Of a stretch of 64,000 nucleotides of DNA, positions 1 through 9,943 are shown in pieces. Where the stretch lies: the NCBI GenBank assembly GCA_003228195.2, contig QGNO01000001.1, positions 85,550 to 149,549 of the forward strand, in the 5' to 3' direction. Made by a program: the position numbers and the translations under genes. Under the pieces are notes generated by a model. It made no database searches. It saw only the letters and a program-made list of their open reading frames with translations, and had not been told where the DNA came from. The stretch's first letter is position 1; each line of letters begins with the position of its first letter. This stretch comes from Chloroflexota bacterium. GTDB taxonomy: Bacteria; Chloroflexota; Dehalococcoidia; Lucifugimonadales; QGNO01.

Positions 1-1465
1 CTATATCAACAAGGAACTTTAATCTGGCTTGGATCTCCTTAAGGATTTGTCGTGCTATAGTTTGCTCTTTTTCGGTTAGACGATATTTGTCAGCGTTATT
101 TTCCCTTTCCCCCTCCGCTGATTGCACCCAGTCGAATGTCTGATTAATTGACTGGGCAGTTACATCCATTATGCTTTTGCCTAGTATGGTCACCGCCAAG
201 GATTCAAACTTTAGCCGCTTCCCGTTACAGGTATGACATGGATGACTGGTCATGTACCGCTCTATTTGCCTTCGCATGTAGTCAGACGGTGTTTCTCTGT
301 GACGACGCACTAGGTTTGAGATAATGCCTTCAAATGTTGTTTTCCATTTGTATGTTCGGCCTCTTCGTGTTGTGTGAATGAGCTCTATAGATTTACCACC
401 ATTGCCATATAGGATCATGTCTAAAAAGCGCGACTCCAATTCCTTTACCGGGATCGTTGTTGAAAACCCGTTTTCTCGGGCTAGCGATTCTAAGAGGCTC
501 CAGTACAAAGTCGTAATAGAACCTACCCGCCTCCATGGCTGTATCGCTCCTTCGAGTAATGACAGGTCTTTATTAGGCATTACTAGGTCCGGATCTATTT
601 CTAGTCTGAAGCCTAAGCCTGTGCACTTTGGGCAAGCTCCATAAGGCGAATTGAAGCTGAAGGTACGAGGCTCAATTTCACCTAGGCTTATATCGCAATG
701 GACGCAAGCGAAGTGTTCAGAGAATAGCTGTTCTTCACCAGTTTTAGCATCTAATATGCTAACGGTGCCTCCTCCATGATGTAATGCAGTTTCTATTGAA
801 TCTGTCAGCCTTCCAGTGTCCATTTCCTTTTCAATTACAAGGCGGTCTACAACTATCTCGATTGTGTGCCATTTGTTCTTGTTCAGATTAAACGAATCAG
901 ACAAATCCTGGATCGCTCCATTGAGTCTGATCCTTACAAAGCCTTCTTTACGAGCTTCATCAAAAACTTCTTTGTGCTCACCTTTTTTGTGAATAACTTT
1001 AGGTGCCAGCAACATTATTCGCTTGCCGTTTGGGAAGTTCTTAATCACGTCTACAATTTGTTGTGGAGTTTGCTTATCCACCGGTCTGCCACACTTGTAA
1101 CAATGAGGCCGGCCGATGCGGGCAAACAGTAGACGCAGATAATCGTATATTTCCGTGACTGTTCCTACGGTAGAGCGTGGATTGTGTGACACGCCTTTCT
1201 GATCTATAGATATGGCTGGGCTCAATCCCTCTATATATTCCACATCCGGTTTGTCCATACGACCAAGAAACTGTCTTGCGTAAGCTGATAGGGATTCGAC
1301 GTACCGCCGTTGTCCTTCGGCGTAAATAGTGTCAAATGCAAGCGTTGACTTGCCGGAGCCCGACACCCCTGTTATAGCGACCAGTTTGTTGCGAGGGATT
1401 ACTACGTCTATGTTCTTAAGGTTGTGCCCCTTCGCGCCTTTAACAACTATATTTTCTGATACCAT
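1..1465 (-). CDS. uvrA: Excinuclease ABC subunit A (UvrA), N-terminal ~488 codons; the 3' end lies beyond the left window edge
   Basis: Missing from the ORF track because the frame runs off the edge. My reverse-strand translation starts at the ATG complementary to 1463-1465. It reads [68 protein letters not shown]... and stays open to position 1. It has a Walker A motif and UvrA-type Cys pairs (CYKC, CVHC...CPKC, CHTC). Confidence 0.92.
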   Translation of the reverse strand, partial: MVSENIVVKGAKGHNLKNIDVVIPRNKLVAITGVSGSGKSTLAFDTIYAEGQRRYVESLSAYARQFLGRMDKPDVEYIEGLSPAISIDQKGVSHNPRSTVGTVTEIYDYLRLLFARIGRPHCYKCGRPVDKQTPQQIVDVIKNFPNGKRIMLLAPKVIHKKGEHKEVFDEARKEGFVRIRLNGAIQDLSDSFNLNKNKWHTIEIVVDRLVIEKEMDTGRLTDSIETALHHGGGTVSILDAKTGEEQLFSEHFACVHCDISLGEIEPRTFSFNSPYGACPKCTGLGFRLEIDPDLVMPNKDLSLLEGAIQPWRRVGSITTLYWSLLESLARENGFSTTIPVKELESRFLDMILYGNGGKSIELIHTTRRGRTYKWKTTFEGIISNLVRRHRETPSDYMRRQIERYMTSHPCHTCNGKRLKFESLAVTILGKSIMDVTAQSINQTFDWVQSAEGERENNADKYRLTEKEQTIARQILKEIQARLKFLVDI

Positions 1466-1540
1466 ATTAGACTCCCTCGTCTAACTCTTCGTCTGAGTAC
1501 ATTTCCTGCCACATTAGTTTATCGGAAAGTTCTCTGTCCT

Positions 1541-2023
1541 CTAGATATAAATTTCTTTATAGAGTTGTAAGGTGAGCGTGAGGTGCCCTAGGTGTTGCCC
1601 TACATGTTCTAGCGTATGCAGGACCGCCCATCTTCTAGTGACAAGTCGGCCGCCGTATTCAAAAGATTCATTCAGTTCTTCTTGGGTAATTCTACTTAAT
1701 ACTTGATGAGTTGTTTTCCCGACCTTGATTAGGGTCTGTTGAAGTTGAGAAAATGACGGAATAGACTCCATTGGCCGTTCGGACACTGCAAATTCTGAAG
1801 CTCGATCTCGATTAACGTTAATTTTCCCCACTAGTTCGTGTATGTGGTAAGCCTCACTCCCAGCTACGTGGGTTATCAAAACGTGAGCTGAGTTTGTTTC
1901 GGCTTGCGGATGTTGTGTAGGTTTCCATATCAGCTCGTCCGGGCTCCTTTGGTGAATCGCTTCCTTGAATTCATTGCGCAAGTATTCAAATCTTTCTATA
2001 TAAGCTTCGGCTTCAAGATTCAT
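1541..2023 (-). CDS. DinB-family (DinB_2-like four-helix bundle) metal-dependent protein
   Basis: 160-aa ORF. Conserved His positions (HVAGSEAYHIHE; LEHVGQHLGHL) are typical of the DinB/YfiT-like His triad. It sits next to uvrA. Confidence 0.7.
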   Translation of the reverse strand: MNLEAEAYIERFEYLRNEFKEAIHQRSPDELIWKPTQHPQAETNSAHVLITHVAGSEAYHIHELVGKINVNRDRASEFAVSERPMESIPSFSQLQQTLIKVGKTTHQVLSRITQEELNESFEYGGRLVTRRWAVLHTLEHVGQHLGHLTLTLQLYKEIYI

Positions 2024-2107
2024 TGTGCCCCCCAGAAGCTAAAGGAATTCACCTAGTCTACTAGCCTGCAACTTTCTTGTCTAAGATTGGCGAAATGCGG
2101 GGATTCA

Positions 2108-2137
2108 TTGCAGACCCTTAGATGTGCAACGTATAAT
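2108..2137 (+). promoter_or_regulatory. Sigma70-like promoter for pdxS-pdxT (TTGCAG - 18 nt - TATAAT)
   Basis: TTGCAG at 2108-2113 and TATAAT at 2132-2137, read directly. It lies inside the long version of the pdxS ORF (2087 start). That argues for the ATG at 2186, which is preceded by GGAGGG at 2175-2180. Confidence 0.45.
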
Positions 2138-2185
2138 GCGTTTGCCCGATACTCAGATGTTAGGGACTTAATTTGGAGGGACAAA

Positions 2186-3067
2186 ATGGATAAGGGTACT
2201 TGGCAAGTTAAGGCCGGTCACGCCCAGATGCTTAAGGGCGGGGTGATAATGGATGTTGTTAACGCGGAGCAGGCCAGAATTGCTGAGGCCGCGGGTGCGT
2301 GTGCCGTCATGGCGCTCGAAAGAGTGCCGGCAGATATTAGAGCTGCTGGTGGAGTTGCGAGAATGGCAGATCCAGAGCGGATAGTCTCAATAATGGAGGC
2401 AGTTACAATCCCGGTGATGGCAAAATGCCGGATTGGGCACTTTGTGGAAGCTCAGGTTCTAGAAGCGTTGAGAGCTGACTATATAGATGAATCCGAGGTT
2501 TTAACCCCAGCCGATGAACAAAACCACATATGGAAACATGGATTCACAATCCCGTTTGTATGTGGTGCAAGAGATCTTGGAGAAGCTCTTAGGCGAATAG
2601 CTGAAGGAGCAGCAATGATTCGAACCAAAGGTGAGGCGGGTACTGGAAATGTGGTTGAGGCGGTTCGGCATATACGATCAGTGATGAGCGAAATAAGAAA
2701 GGTTAAGAATATGAGTGACGACGAGCTTCAAGCCGAAGCTAAAATTTTAGGGGCGTCTTTGGAATTACTGAAAGAAGTTAAGGAATTGGGCCGCCTTCCA
2801 GTAGTAAACTTCGCTGCTGGTGGTGTGGCAACGCCCTCGGATGCTGCCTTAATGATGCAACTAGGGTCTGACGGGGTGTTTGTTGGTTCTGGTGTTTTCA
2901 AATCAGATGACCCTGAAAATATTGGCAAGGCTATTGTTGAGGCTGTAACCCATTACAATGATCCTAAGATAATCGCTGAGGTTTCCAAGGGTTTGGGAGA
3001 GCCGATGGTAGGGATAGAAATGAGTTCTCTGAAAGAGGAGCAGATTCTATCTACCAGAGGTTGGTAG
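2186..3067 (+). CDS. pdxS: Pyridoxal 5'-phosphate synthase, lyase subunit PdxS
   Basis: [52 protein letters not shown]... is the highly conserved PdxS/SNZ N-terminus. The ATG at 2186 is preferred over the track start at 2087 (RBS GGAGGG, internal promoter). Confidence 0.94.
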   Translation: MDKGTWQVKAGHAQMLKGGVIMDVVNAEQARIAEAAGACAVMALERVPADIRAAGGVARMADPERIVSIMEAVTIPVMAKCRIGHFVEAQVLEALRADYIDESEVLTPADEQNHIWKHGFTIPFVCGARDLGEALRRIAEGAAMIRTKGEAGTGNVVEAVRHIRSVMSEIRKVKNMSDDELQAEAKILGASLELLKEVKELGRLPVVNFAAGGVATPSDAALMMQLGSDGVFVGSGVFKSDDPENIGKAIVEAVTHYNDPKIIAEVSKGLGEPMVGIEMSSLKEEQILSTRGW

Positions 3068-3071
3068 GGGA

Positions 3072-3650
3072 GTGAAAAAAATAGGCATCCTTGCAGTTCA
3101 AGGCGACTTTGCCGAACACATACAATCCTTGAATAAGTTGAAGGTTGAAATTGAGGAAGTTCGACTTCCAGAGCATCTTAATGATTTAGATGGCTTGATT
3201 ATTCCAGGCGGTGAGAGTACGTCCCAGTCCCGCTTAATGGACATTTATGGATTAAATACCCCGGTAATAGAAAATGTTCGCAATGGCATGCCTGTTTGGG
3301 GTACGTGTGCGGGAATGATTTTGCTCGCTGGAAAGCTTGTTGAGCCACACCCTGTTCCCTTGGGTTTAATGGATACCGAAATACAGAGAAATGCATATGG
3401 TCGTCAGGTAGACAGCTTTGAGGCAGATGTGTCCGTGCCTTGTTTGAGTGGTGGAAACTTCAGGGCGATATTTATTAGAGCGCCGAAAGTGGTGAGCGTA
3501 GGCAGTGGAGTAGAGGCCCTTTCTTGGTCATCAGACGGTGACATCTTCGCAGTTAGGCAAGGTCATATGTTGGCAACATCATTTCATCCTGAACTCACTA
3601 ATGACCTTAGATTCCACGAGTATTTTGTTGATATGGTTAATAGTAGTTAA
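3072..3650 (+). CDS. pdxT: Pyridoxal 5'-phosphate synthase, glutaminase subunit PdxT
   Basis: MKKIGILAVQGDFAEH..., catalytic Cys in GTCAGMILLA, and FHPELT. It starts 4 nt after pdxS. Confidence 0.94.
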   Translation: MKKIGILAVQGDFAEHIQSLNKLKVEIEEVRLPEHLNDLDGLIIPGGESTSQSRLMDIYGLNTPVIENVRNGMPVWGTCAGMILLAGKLVEPHPVPLGLMDTEIQRNAYGRQVDSFEADVSVPCLSGGNFRAIFIRAPKVVSVGSGVEALSWSSDGDIFAVRQGHMLATSFHPELTNDLRFHEYFVDMVNSS

Positions 3651-3762
3651 GAATGACCAGGCAAGTTTATATAACTCCGTTGATGTAATTCGAGAGTTGT
3701 TATGTACTTGTCGAGATTATGCCACTGTAATAATTGCCAAATTATGTTCGTGAAAAAACTAT

Positions 3763-5370
3763 TTGAGGGTGAGTACAATTAATAGAGAAGGATTAAAAAC
3801 ACTTGGTGAAGAAGACTTGGTGAGTTTGCTTAGTGTGATGCCGGATCGCTTACTCGATGCCTTGCAAAATCGCGATGATTTTGGCGATTTATTGGAGATA
3901 GTTATGGATGTTGGCCGACCACCGGAAGCAAGGTTTTTGGGTGGAGACATTTTTCTGTCAGAGCAAGAGATTTCTGAAGATGACCTGCGTTATGTCACGG
4001 AACGAATTGGGGAATTCGGTCAAGATAATCGAGCTGGTATTGAAAGAACTTTGCATAGAATTTCTGCTATTAGAAACCGAGACGGTAAGGTCATAGGTAT
4101 AACCTGTCGGGTTGGAAGGGCTGTTTTCGGCACCATTAAGCCAGTTGAGGAGTTGGTCCGCAGCGGCAAAAGCGTTCTGTTGCTCGGTCGCCCGGGAGTT
4201 GGCAAAACGACTATGCTAAGGGAGGTGTCTCGTATCTTGGCTGATGATGCTCAGAGGAGAGTAATTGTCGTAGACACTTCGAATGAGATTGCAGGTGACG
4301 GCGATATACCTCATAGGGCAATTGGTCATGCCCGCAGGATGCAGGTTCCTACTCCGGCGCTGCAACATGATGTAATGATTGAGGCTGTTGAGAATCATAT
4401 GCCTGAAGTGATCATAGTCGATGAGATGGGTACCGAACTTGAGACTGCAGCGGCCAGGACTATTGCCGAACGTGGGGTGCAACTTATAGCTACAGCCCAT
4501 GGGAATACTTTGCAGAATCTCATAATGAATCCTACATTGAGCGATTTAGTAGGCGGTTTAGAGTCAGTTATACTTGGTGATGATGAAGCGAGAAGGCGAA
4601 GAACCCAAAAAACTATCCTGGAGAGAAAACGTCCTCCGACGTTTGATTCCGTTGTTGAGATCAAGACTTGGGGTGAAGTAGCAATACACTATGATGTTGC
4701 TTCAGTCGTTGACGTTATGTTACGAGACTTACAGCCTCGACCTGAGGTAAGAAAGGCCGATTCATTGGGTAGGGGTGAATTAGAAGAAAGGGCAGTGTTT
4801 TTCCTTTCTAATGGAACGAAAGATTCGAAATTCGAGACCAGTCGTAGTAGTTTTCGTAAAAATGTGCCGGATGATCAGGAGACATCTGTTTCGGCAGAGA
4901 CTATTTTCATTTGCCCTTTTGGGATAAATAGGTCTTTCATTCAGGAGTTAGCAACTCGTGCTGTAGCGACTATAATGCTAACCGACAACATTGAACAAGC
5001 AGACGTTTTGTTGACGACTCGAATTCATTACAGGCGCAATGCTAAATTGGTAAAAAGTGCACAAGATTTAGGAGTTCCGATCCACGTCTTAAGAAAGAAT
5101 ACCAAATTACAGATACAGCAGTTTTTGTCAGGATTCGGCAAAGGAAGTAGTAGGAAACTTGCATATAGTAAGCCGGCATCTCTTGAATACGCGATGCAGG
5201 AGGCCCAGGACGCTGTTGAAAAAGTCTGGGATGGGGAGCCATATATAGAACTCGAACCACAAAGACCTTTCATACGTCGGCAACAGCATGAGCTTGCAAA
5301 TAGGTACAACGTCGCCTCTCAGAGCGTAGGAGTCGAACCAGAACGAAGGATCACGGTTTTTAGGCGTTAA
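3763..5370 (+). CDS. AAA ATPase fused to a C-terminal R3H nucleic-acid-binding domain (Ycf45 / SpoIIIAA-like family)
   Basis: LLEIVMDVGRPPEARF, Walker A LLLGRPGVGKTTMLRE, Walker B VIIVDEMG. The C-terminal segment IELEPQRPFIRRQQHELANRYNVASQSVGVEPERRITVFR fits an R3H motif. A TTG start at 3763 or a GTG at 3769 is possible. Confidence 0.78.
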   Translation: MRVSTINREGLKTLGEEDLVSLLSVMPDRLLDALQNRDDFGDLLEIVMDVGRPPEARFLGGDIFLSEQEISEDDLRYVTERIGEFGQDNRAGIERTLHRISAIRNRDGKVIGITCRVGRAVFGTIKPVEELVRSGKSVLLLGRPGVGKTTMLREVSRILADDAQRRVIVVDTSNEIAGDGDIPHRAIGHARRMQVPTPALQHDVMIEAVENHMPEVIIVDEMGTELETAAARTIAERGVQLIATAHGNTLQNLIMNPTLSDLVGGLESVILGDDEARRRRTQKTILERKRPPTFDSVVEIKTWGEVAIHYDVASVVDVMLRDLQPRPEVRKADSLGRGELEERAVFFLSNGTKDSKFETSRSSFRKNVPDDQETSVSAETIFICPFGINRSFIQELATRAVATIMLTDNIEQADVLLTTRIHYRRNAKLVKSAQDLGVPIHVLRKNTKLQIQQFLSGFGKGSSRKLAYSKPASLEYAMQEAQDAVEKVWDGEPYIELEPQRPFIRRQQHELANRYNVASQSVGVEPERRITVFRR

Positions 5371-5372
5371 TT

Positions 5373-6056
5373 ATGGGCTTATTCGTCGTTTTTGAAGGCT
5401 TGGATGGTAGTGGAAAATCTACCCAGGCTCGTAGGTTATATGAGGCTTTGAGAAGCGAAGGCGTCTCGGTTGCTTTGTTTCATGAGCCAGGTGGAACGGT
5501 GTTGGGGGAAGAGATACGTAGGTTGTTGAAGTCGGAAGCAATTACAGGCATCACACCCCTTTCGGAACTTTTCTTATTTGCTGCTGCAAGGACTCAACTT
5601 ATCAAAGAGAAATTGGGCCCAGCCATTACGCAAAATCAGGTCGTTGTATGTGACCGATTTACTGCATCTACTGTCGCATATCAGGGCTTTGGTAGGGGAA
5701 TGTCACTAGAGGTTGTCACCAAAATAAATGATATAGCGACTGACGGTACCATCCCAGATCTGACAATTCTTTTGGATATTTCACCTGAAGATGCTTTCGA
5801 AAGGCATAAATCTCGGCATGATTTAAGCAAGATTACTTTTGAGAATGATATTTCTTTGGGCGTTAATCAATACAGCATTCATGACAATAGTGATGAAAGA
5901 TTTGAAAAAGAACCTTTGTCTTTTCACAGAAAAGTTCATGAGGGGTACGCGCAAATGGCCCAAGCAGACCCTCAAAGATGGTTTGTATTAGATGCGACTC
6001 TTACACCAGACGCTTTGACCGCGTGTATCGAAGAAAAAGTAAAAAAACTGATCTGA
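5373..6056 (+). CDS. tmk: Thymidylate kinase
   Basis: P-loop FVVFEGLDGSGKSTQ, HEPGGT, and the DRF motif (VCDRFTAST). Confidence 0.9.
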   Translation: MGLFVVFEGLDGSGKSTQARRLYEALRSEGVSVALFHEPGGTVLGEEIRRLLKSEAITGITPLSELFLFAAARTQLIKEKLGPAITQNQVVVCDRFTASTVAYQGFGRGMSLEVVTKINDIATDGTIPDLTILLDISPEDAFERHKSRHDLSKITFENDISLGVNQYSIHDNSDERFEKEPLSFHRKVHEGYAQMAQADPQRWFVLDATLTPDALTACIEEKVKKLI

Positions 6057-6125
6057 TTTGCTGAGTTAGTTTGATAATGGTTAGCGATAGTTGTTTTGTG
6101 AAATGGATAAAATGCAGTTCTTGAA

Positions 6126-6551
6126 TTACCCAAGTTGAATCAATGGGGTACCTGCAGCCACATTTTGGCCTGTGTCAACAAAAACCGCCCTAACGGTTCC
6201 TCCATGCGAAATCTTAATACTTTGTTCCATTTTCATGGTCTCCAGTACGCAAACTTCCGCACCAGTGTCCAGTTTGTCCCATACCTCTGCGGTGATTGAA
6301 ACGACTCGACCAGGCATTGGAGACCTAATGATTTTCTTATCCTCCTGAGTAATTGCAGAAAGGCCTGGAGTCGCATGATTCTGTTTGGGGAGATTTGCAT
6401 TTTGTGGGGAGTGCTGGATCGGGCCAGCTTGTACTTCTATCGCCATTGTTTCCCCATCCACTACCATCTGAAAAGGGTACTTTTGAGGTTCTTCAAGTTC
6501 TACAGTATGCCATGTTCCTTTTACTTTTATACGTATCTGTCGTTTTACCAT
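6126..6551 (-). CDS. Biotin carboxyl carrier protein / biotinyl-domain protein
   Basis: C-terminal biotinyl domain with the ETMKME biotinylation motif (VCVLETMKMEQSI). Its ATG overlaps the stop of the upstream biotin carboxylase (ATGGTAA). Confidence 0.82.
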   Translation of the reverse strand: MVKRQIRIKVKGTWHTVELEEPQKYPFQMVVDGETMAIEVQAGPIQHSPQNANLPKQNHATPGLSAITQEDKKIIRSPMPGRVVSITAEVWDKLDTGAEVCVLETMKMEQSIKISHGGTVRAVFVDTGQNVAAGTPLIQLG

Positions 6552-8086
6552 AGAATCCCTCTATCCGCCCTAGGTGCCATCTGCATGGAACGACCGTAGG
6601 CCTTCCAGGCGTTTGATCGCCTTGTTTGTCCGTTCCCAAATAGCGTTCCTAAAGCCACAGCAACAGCGGCAGTTGCTTCCCTTTCCTCCAGGGGGCTAAG
6701 TACGCGATTAGTGTCTTCGGATAGTCGACGGAGTATGTGTGTGGAATACTTATTGTCCTTGAACACGTCGTCTTGAAGTACGTCACGTATTACTGGGATA
6801 TTGTTAACAATCCCTTCGATATGATAGTCATTCAGAGCTTCTATAAGCGTGCTTATAGCTAGTTTTCGTGATTTCGCCCAAACTATAACTTTTGATATCA
6901 GAGGATCGTAGTAGGAAGAAATTTCTTGTCCCGAAGATACTCCACTGTCAATTCTTACGTTATTTTTAGTTGGTTCAACTATCTTATTTATTGTGCCAGT
7001 AAATGGGATAAAAGTGACTGGGTCTTCTGGGTAGATTCTGGCCTCTATTGAATGTCCTCTAGTTTTGATATCGTCTTGATCCCATGTCAATGGTTTATTA
7101 GCTGCGATCTGGATTTGTTGCTCTACTACATCTAGCCCCGTTATCATTTCTGTTACAGGGTGTTCAACTTGCAACCGAGTATTCATTTCAAGGAAATAAA
7201 AATCTCCTGATTGATCAAGCATGAATTCAACAGTTCCTGCATTTGTGTAATCTAAGTGACGAACAAGTTTCAGGGCAGCCTGACACATTTTCTTCCTCTG
7301 CCGTTTGCTTAGTTTTCTGGCTGGAGCCTCTTCTATAATTTTCTGATTACGCCTTTGTACTGAGCAGTCTCGTTCGAATAGATGGAAGGCGTTGCCGTAA
7401 TTGTCAGCTAGGACCTGTACTTCGATGTGAGAGGGGTGTTCGAGATATTTTTCTATGTACATTTCCGAATTTCCGAAAGAACTTTCGGCTAATGACCTAG
7501 CTCGTTTCAGGTTTTCAGGAAGCTCGTCTTCGTTGTGGATTAGACGAATACCTATACCTCCACCACCAGAACTGGCTTTTAGCATGACTGGGAAGCCAAT
7601 ATTTCTTGCTGTTGACGAGGCATCTTCGTCTGTAACTATTCCGTCAGAGCCGGGAAGTAAAGGCAATCCAGCTTCGGATGCAAGGCGGCGAGCCTGAACT
7701 TTGTCTTTCATAAGATTCATGACTCGAGCGGACGGGCCTATGAAGACTATTCCGGCTTTTCCACAAGCATCTGCGAAGTCAGAATTTTCAGAGAGAAAAC
7801 CATACCCTGGGTGTATTGCCTCTGCTCCAGACCTTTTGGCGGCTCTTATTATGGACTTTATATTTAGATAACTCTCTGATGCGGGCGCTTTGCCTACTCG
7901 TATAGCTTCATCAGCGACCTTTACATGAAGTGAGTGTCTGTCAGCGTCTGAATATATGCCTACAGTCTTGATTCCGAGTCGCTCGCACGTCCTCATGATA
8001 CGGCACGCAATTTCACCTCTGTTAGCTACGAGTATTTTTTTGAAAGATGGCTTTATGGGGTCCAATTCTTTTTTCTTTCTAGCCAA
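6545..8086 (-). CDS. accC: Biotin carboxylase subunit (acetyl/propionyl-CoA carboxylase alpha-type, ATP-grasp)
   Basis: KILVANRGEIACRI, HPGYGFLSEN, GGGGIGIRL, EMNTRLQVEHPVTE. At 513 aa it has a C-terminal extension relative to a typical AccC. Confidence 0.9.
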   Translation of the reverse strand: MARKKKELDPIKPSFKKILVANRGEIACRIMRTCERLGIKTVGIYSDADRHSLHVKVADEAIRVGKAPASESYLNIKSIIRAAKRSGAEAIHPGYGFLSENSDFADACGKAGIVFIGPSARVMNLMKDKVQARRLASEAGLPLLPGSDGIVTDEDASSTARNIGFPVMLKASSGGGGIGIRLIHNEDELPENLKRARSLAESSFGNSEMYIEKYLEHPSHIEVQVLADNYGNAFHLFERDCSVQRRNQKIIEEAPARKLSKRQRKKMCQAALKLVRHLDYTNAGTVEFMLDQSGDFYFLEMNTRLQVEHPVTEMITGLDVVEQQIQIAANKPLTWDQDDIKTRGHSIEARIYPEDPVTFIPFTGTINKIVEPTKNNVRIDSGVSSGQEISSYYDPLISKVIVWAKSRKLAISTLIEALNDYHIEGIVNNIPVIRDVLQDDVFKDNKYSTHILRRLSEDTNRVLSPLEEREATAAVAVALGTLFGNGQTRRSNAWKAYGRSMQMAPRADRGILW

Positions 8087-8097
8087 TATTGATCACC

Positions 8098-8886
8098 TTA
8101 AGTTGTTGGTACATGCACAGTCCCTTCCAGCTTTGAGACGGACCTGACGAATGCTTTGGAGAGCATCTCTCGATCTAGTGTATACCTTATATAGGCGTCC
8201 ATCAAAGACCGCAACTCAAATTGTAACGGTTGGGTTATTTTTAACAAAAGAGAATCCTTTAACGTAGACTTAGCGAAGAAACGGAGTACTTTCAGCGCTC
8301 CTATAGAGACGGGTCGGAAATTTGTCTGGTGGTTAATACACGCTTTGCAAATGACACCGCCATGACTTGGGTCAAAATAGTGATTTCCTTCAACTATTTT
8401 ACCCTGACACTCGGTGCATTGATGTAACTCGGGAGAATAACCAGCTTGGATTAACAAGTGCATTTCCATATAATGTAAAATCAGTTGCACATTTGATGAT
8501 TCTTCCTCAAGCGCGCACAATCCTTTCAGATAAATGGAATACCCGTATGGGTTGGGCGATTCCAGTGGATTTATGGTGTCTACAAGCTCAGTTAAATAAA
8601 TAGCGCTTGAAAGTCTGGGCAAGTCTGTTTTGATAAAGTAAAACGATTCTCTAGATTCGGCCCCGGTAACGACATCTAAAGTGCGCCCTCGAGAAACAGT
8701 TAAATTTGTACAGGTGAGTGGCTCAAGATGCCCAGCTAACTTGCTGTTAGGCTTTCTTAAACCCCGAGCCGCAACTCTTAATTTCCCAGCAGTTTTTGTG
8801 AATACTGTGATTATTCTATCCGTTTCTCCTAATGGGTAAGATCGCAGTACTAATCCTTCGGTATTGTAAAGTCTTGGTGTGCTCAT
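8098..8886 (-). CDS. recO: DNA repair protein RecO
   Basis: N-terminal OB-fold region (TEGLVLRSYPLGETDRIITVFT) and a Cys4 zinc motif (CTECQG...CKAC). The ATG at 8886 is preferred over the track start at 8916, which overlaps the recR stop at 8888. Confidence 0.85.
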   Translation of the reverse strand: MSTPRLYNTEGLVLRSYPLGETDRIITVFTKTAGKLRVAARGLRKPNSKLAGHLEPLTCTNLTVSRGRTLDVVTGAESRESFYFIKTDLPRLSSAIYLTELVDTINPLESPNPYGYSIYLKGLCALEEESSNVQLILHYMEMHLLIQAGYSPELHQCTECQGKIVEGNHYFDPSHGGVICKACINHQTNFRPVSIGALKVLRFFAKSTLKDSLLLKITQPLQFELRSLMDAYIRYTLDREMLSKAFVRSVSKLEGTVHVPTT

Positions 8887-8887
8887 C

Positions 8888-9514
8888 CTAGAATTCCTGC
8901 CTGCCTTCGAAGGCACGGGTAAGGGTGATTTGATCAGCGTACTCTAAGTCACCGCCTATTGGCAGCCCCATAGCTAGGCGGGTCACTTTTTCGACTAAAT
9001 GAGATATTAGCTTGTGTAAATACATAGCCGTAGCTTCGCCTTCTAGGTTGGGGTTTGTTGCAAGTATCACTTCAGTTACGGCTCCCCCTTTGAGTCGTGT
9101 AAGCAATTCGCTAATTCGTAATTCATCTGGGCCTATTCCATTGATTGGAGATATGGCACCGTGAAGCACATGATAAAGACCTTTGTAGGCATGAGTTCGC
9201 TCAATAGCTAAAACATCAAGCGGTTCTTCTAGGATACATATTCTTGCAACATCTCTTTCGGGATCTAGGCAAATTGGGCAAGGATCTTTTTCGGAAATGT
9301 TCTGGCATTGAGAACACAAAATCGTGCGGTCCTTCATCGCCAGAATAGCTTCAGCAAGATTCTCAGACTCAGCTTTCGGCATGCGCACTAGATAGTAAGT
9401 TAAGCGTTGAGCGGTTTTGGAGCCAACTCCTGGCAACTTGTGAAATTCTTGTATTAGCCGAGCGACAGGCTCCGCAGTTGGTAAAAAGTCATCGCTATTC
9501 ATAGTTCGGTACAT
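8888..9514 (-). CDS. recR: Recombination protein RecR
   Basis: LPGVGSKTAQRL helix-hairpin-helix, C4 zinc finger CSQC...CPIC, and a Toprim region (ILEEPLDVLAIE). Confidence 0.94.
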   Translation of the reverse strand: MYRTMNSDDFLPTAEPVARLIQEFHKLPGVGSKTAQRLTYYLVRMPKAESENLAEAILAMKDRTILCSQCQNISEKDPCPICLDPERDVARICILEEPLDVLAIERTHAYKGLYHVLHGAISPINGIGPDELRISELLTRLKGGAVTEVILATNPNLEGEATAMYLHKLISHLVEKVTRLAMGLPIGGDLEYADQITLTRAFEGRQEF

Positions 9515-9640
9515 TAACAGTATTGGTTACTGTAGGTATGCTGATCATATTTCCTGTGTGCATTGTTCTGTTTGAGCTCTTAGGCATAAAAAACGAGTTG
9601 ATTATATTTCGGTTATTTGGATAATAGCCTTACAATTCTA

Positions 9641-9943
9641 CTAAAGTCCAGGTATGTTAATATTCCCGGTGATTTTACCCAGCCTTTCTGCCATTAATTT
9701 CTGCGACTTGTCTAAGCCTTCATTAACGGCTGCGATTATTAGGTCTTCTAGCATCGACAGGTCTTGAGAATCGATTACTGAAGGATCTATTTTTATGGAA
9801 AGCAGCTTTTGTTTACCATTTACCTCTGTGGACACAACGCCACCGCCGGATGTCGCTTCTACTGTTTCGTTCTCAAGTTGTAGCTGCGCTTCATTTAAAT
9901 GTTTTTGCAACTCCTGCGCTTGCTTCAATATGTTTTTATTCAT
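9641..9943 (-). CDS. ybaB: Nucleoid-associated protein YbaB/EbfC
   Basis: 100-aa protein reading MNKNILKQAQELQKHL...ATSGGGVV...I.ID. It occupies the conserved dnaX-ybaB-recR position and overlaps the dnaX stop by 4 nt. Confidence 0.9.
   Translation of the reverse strand: MNKNILKQAQELQKHLNEAQLQLENETVEATSGGGVVSTEVNGKQKLLSIKIDPSVIDSQDLSMLEDLIIAAVNEGLDKSQKLMAERLGKITGNINIPGL

Noticed and set aside
2087-2185. A 33-codon N-terminal extension of pdxS in the ORF track ([13 protein letters not shown]...).
   Set aside because: The extension has no PdxS similarity. A TTGCAG-18-TATAAT promoter and a GGAGGG RBS lie inside it, so the ATG at 2186 gives the canonical PdxS N-terminus.
8887-8916. A longer recO start overlapping the end of recR.
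   Set aside because: The ATG at 8886 directly abuts the recR stop and gives the normal RecO N-terminus. The extension (MPSKAGRNSR) is not needed.
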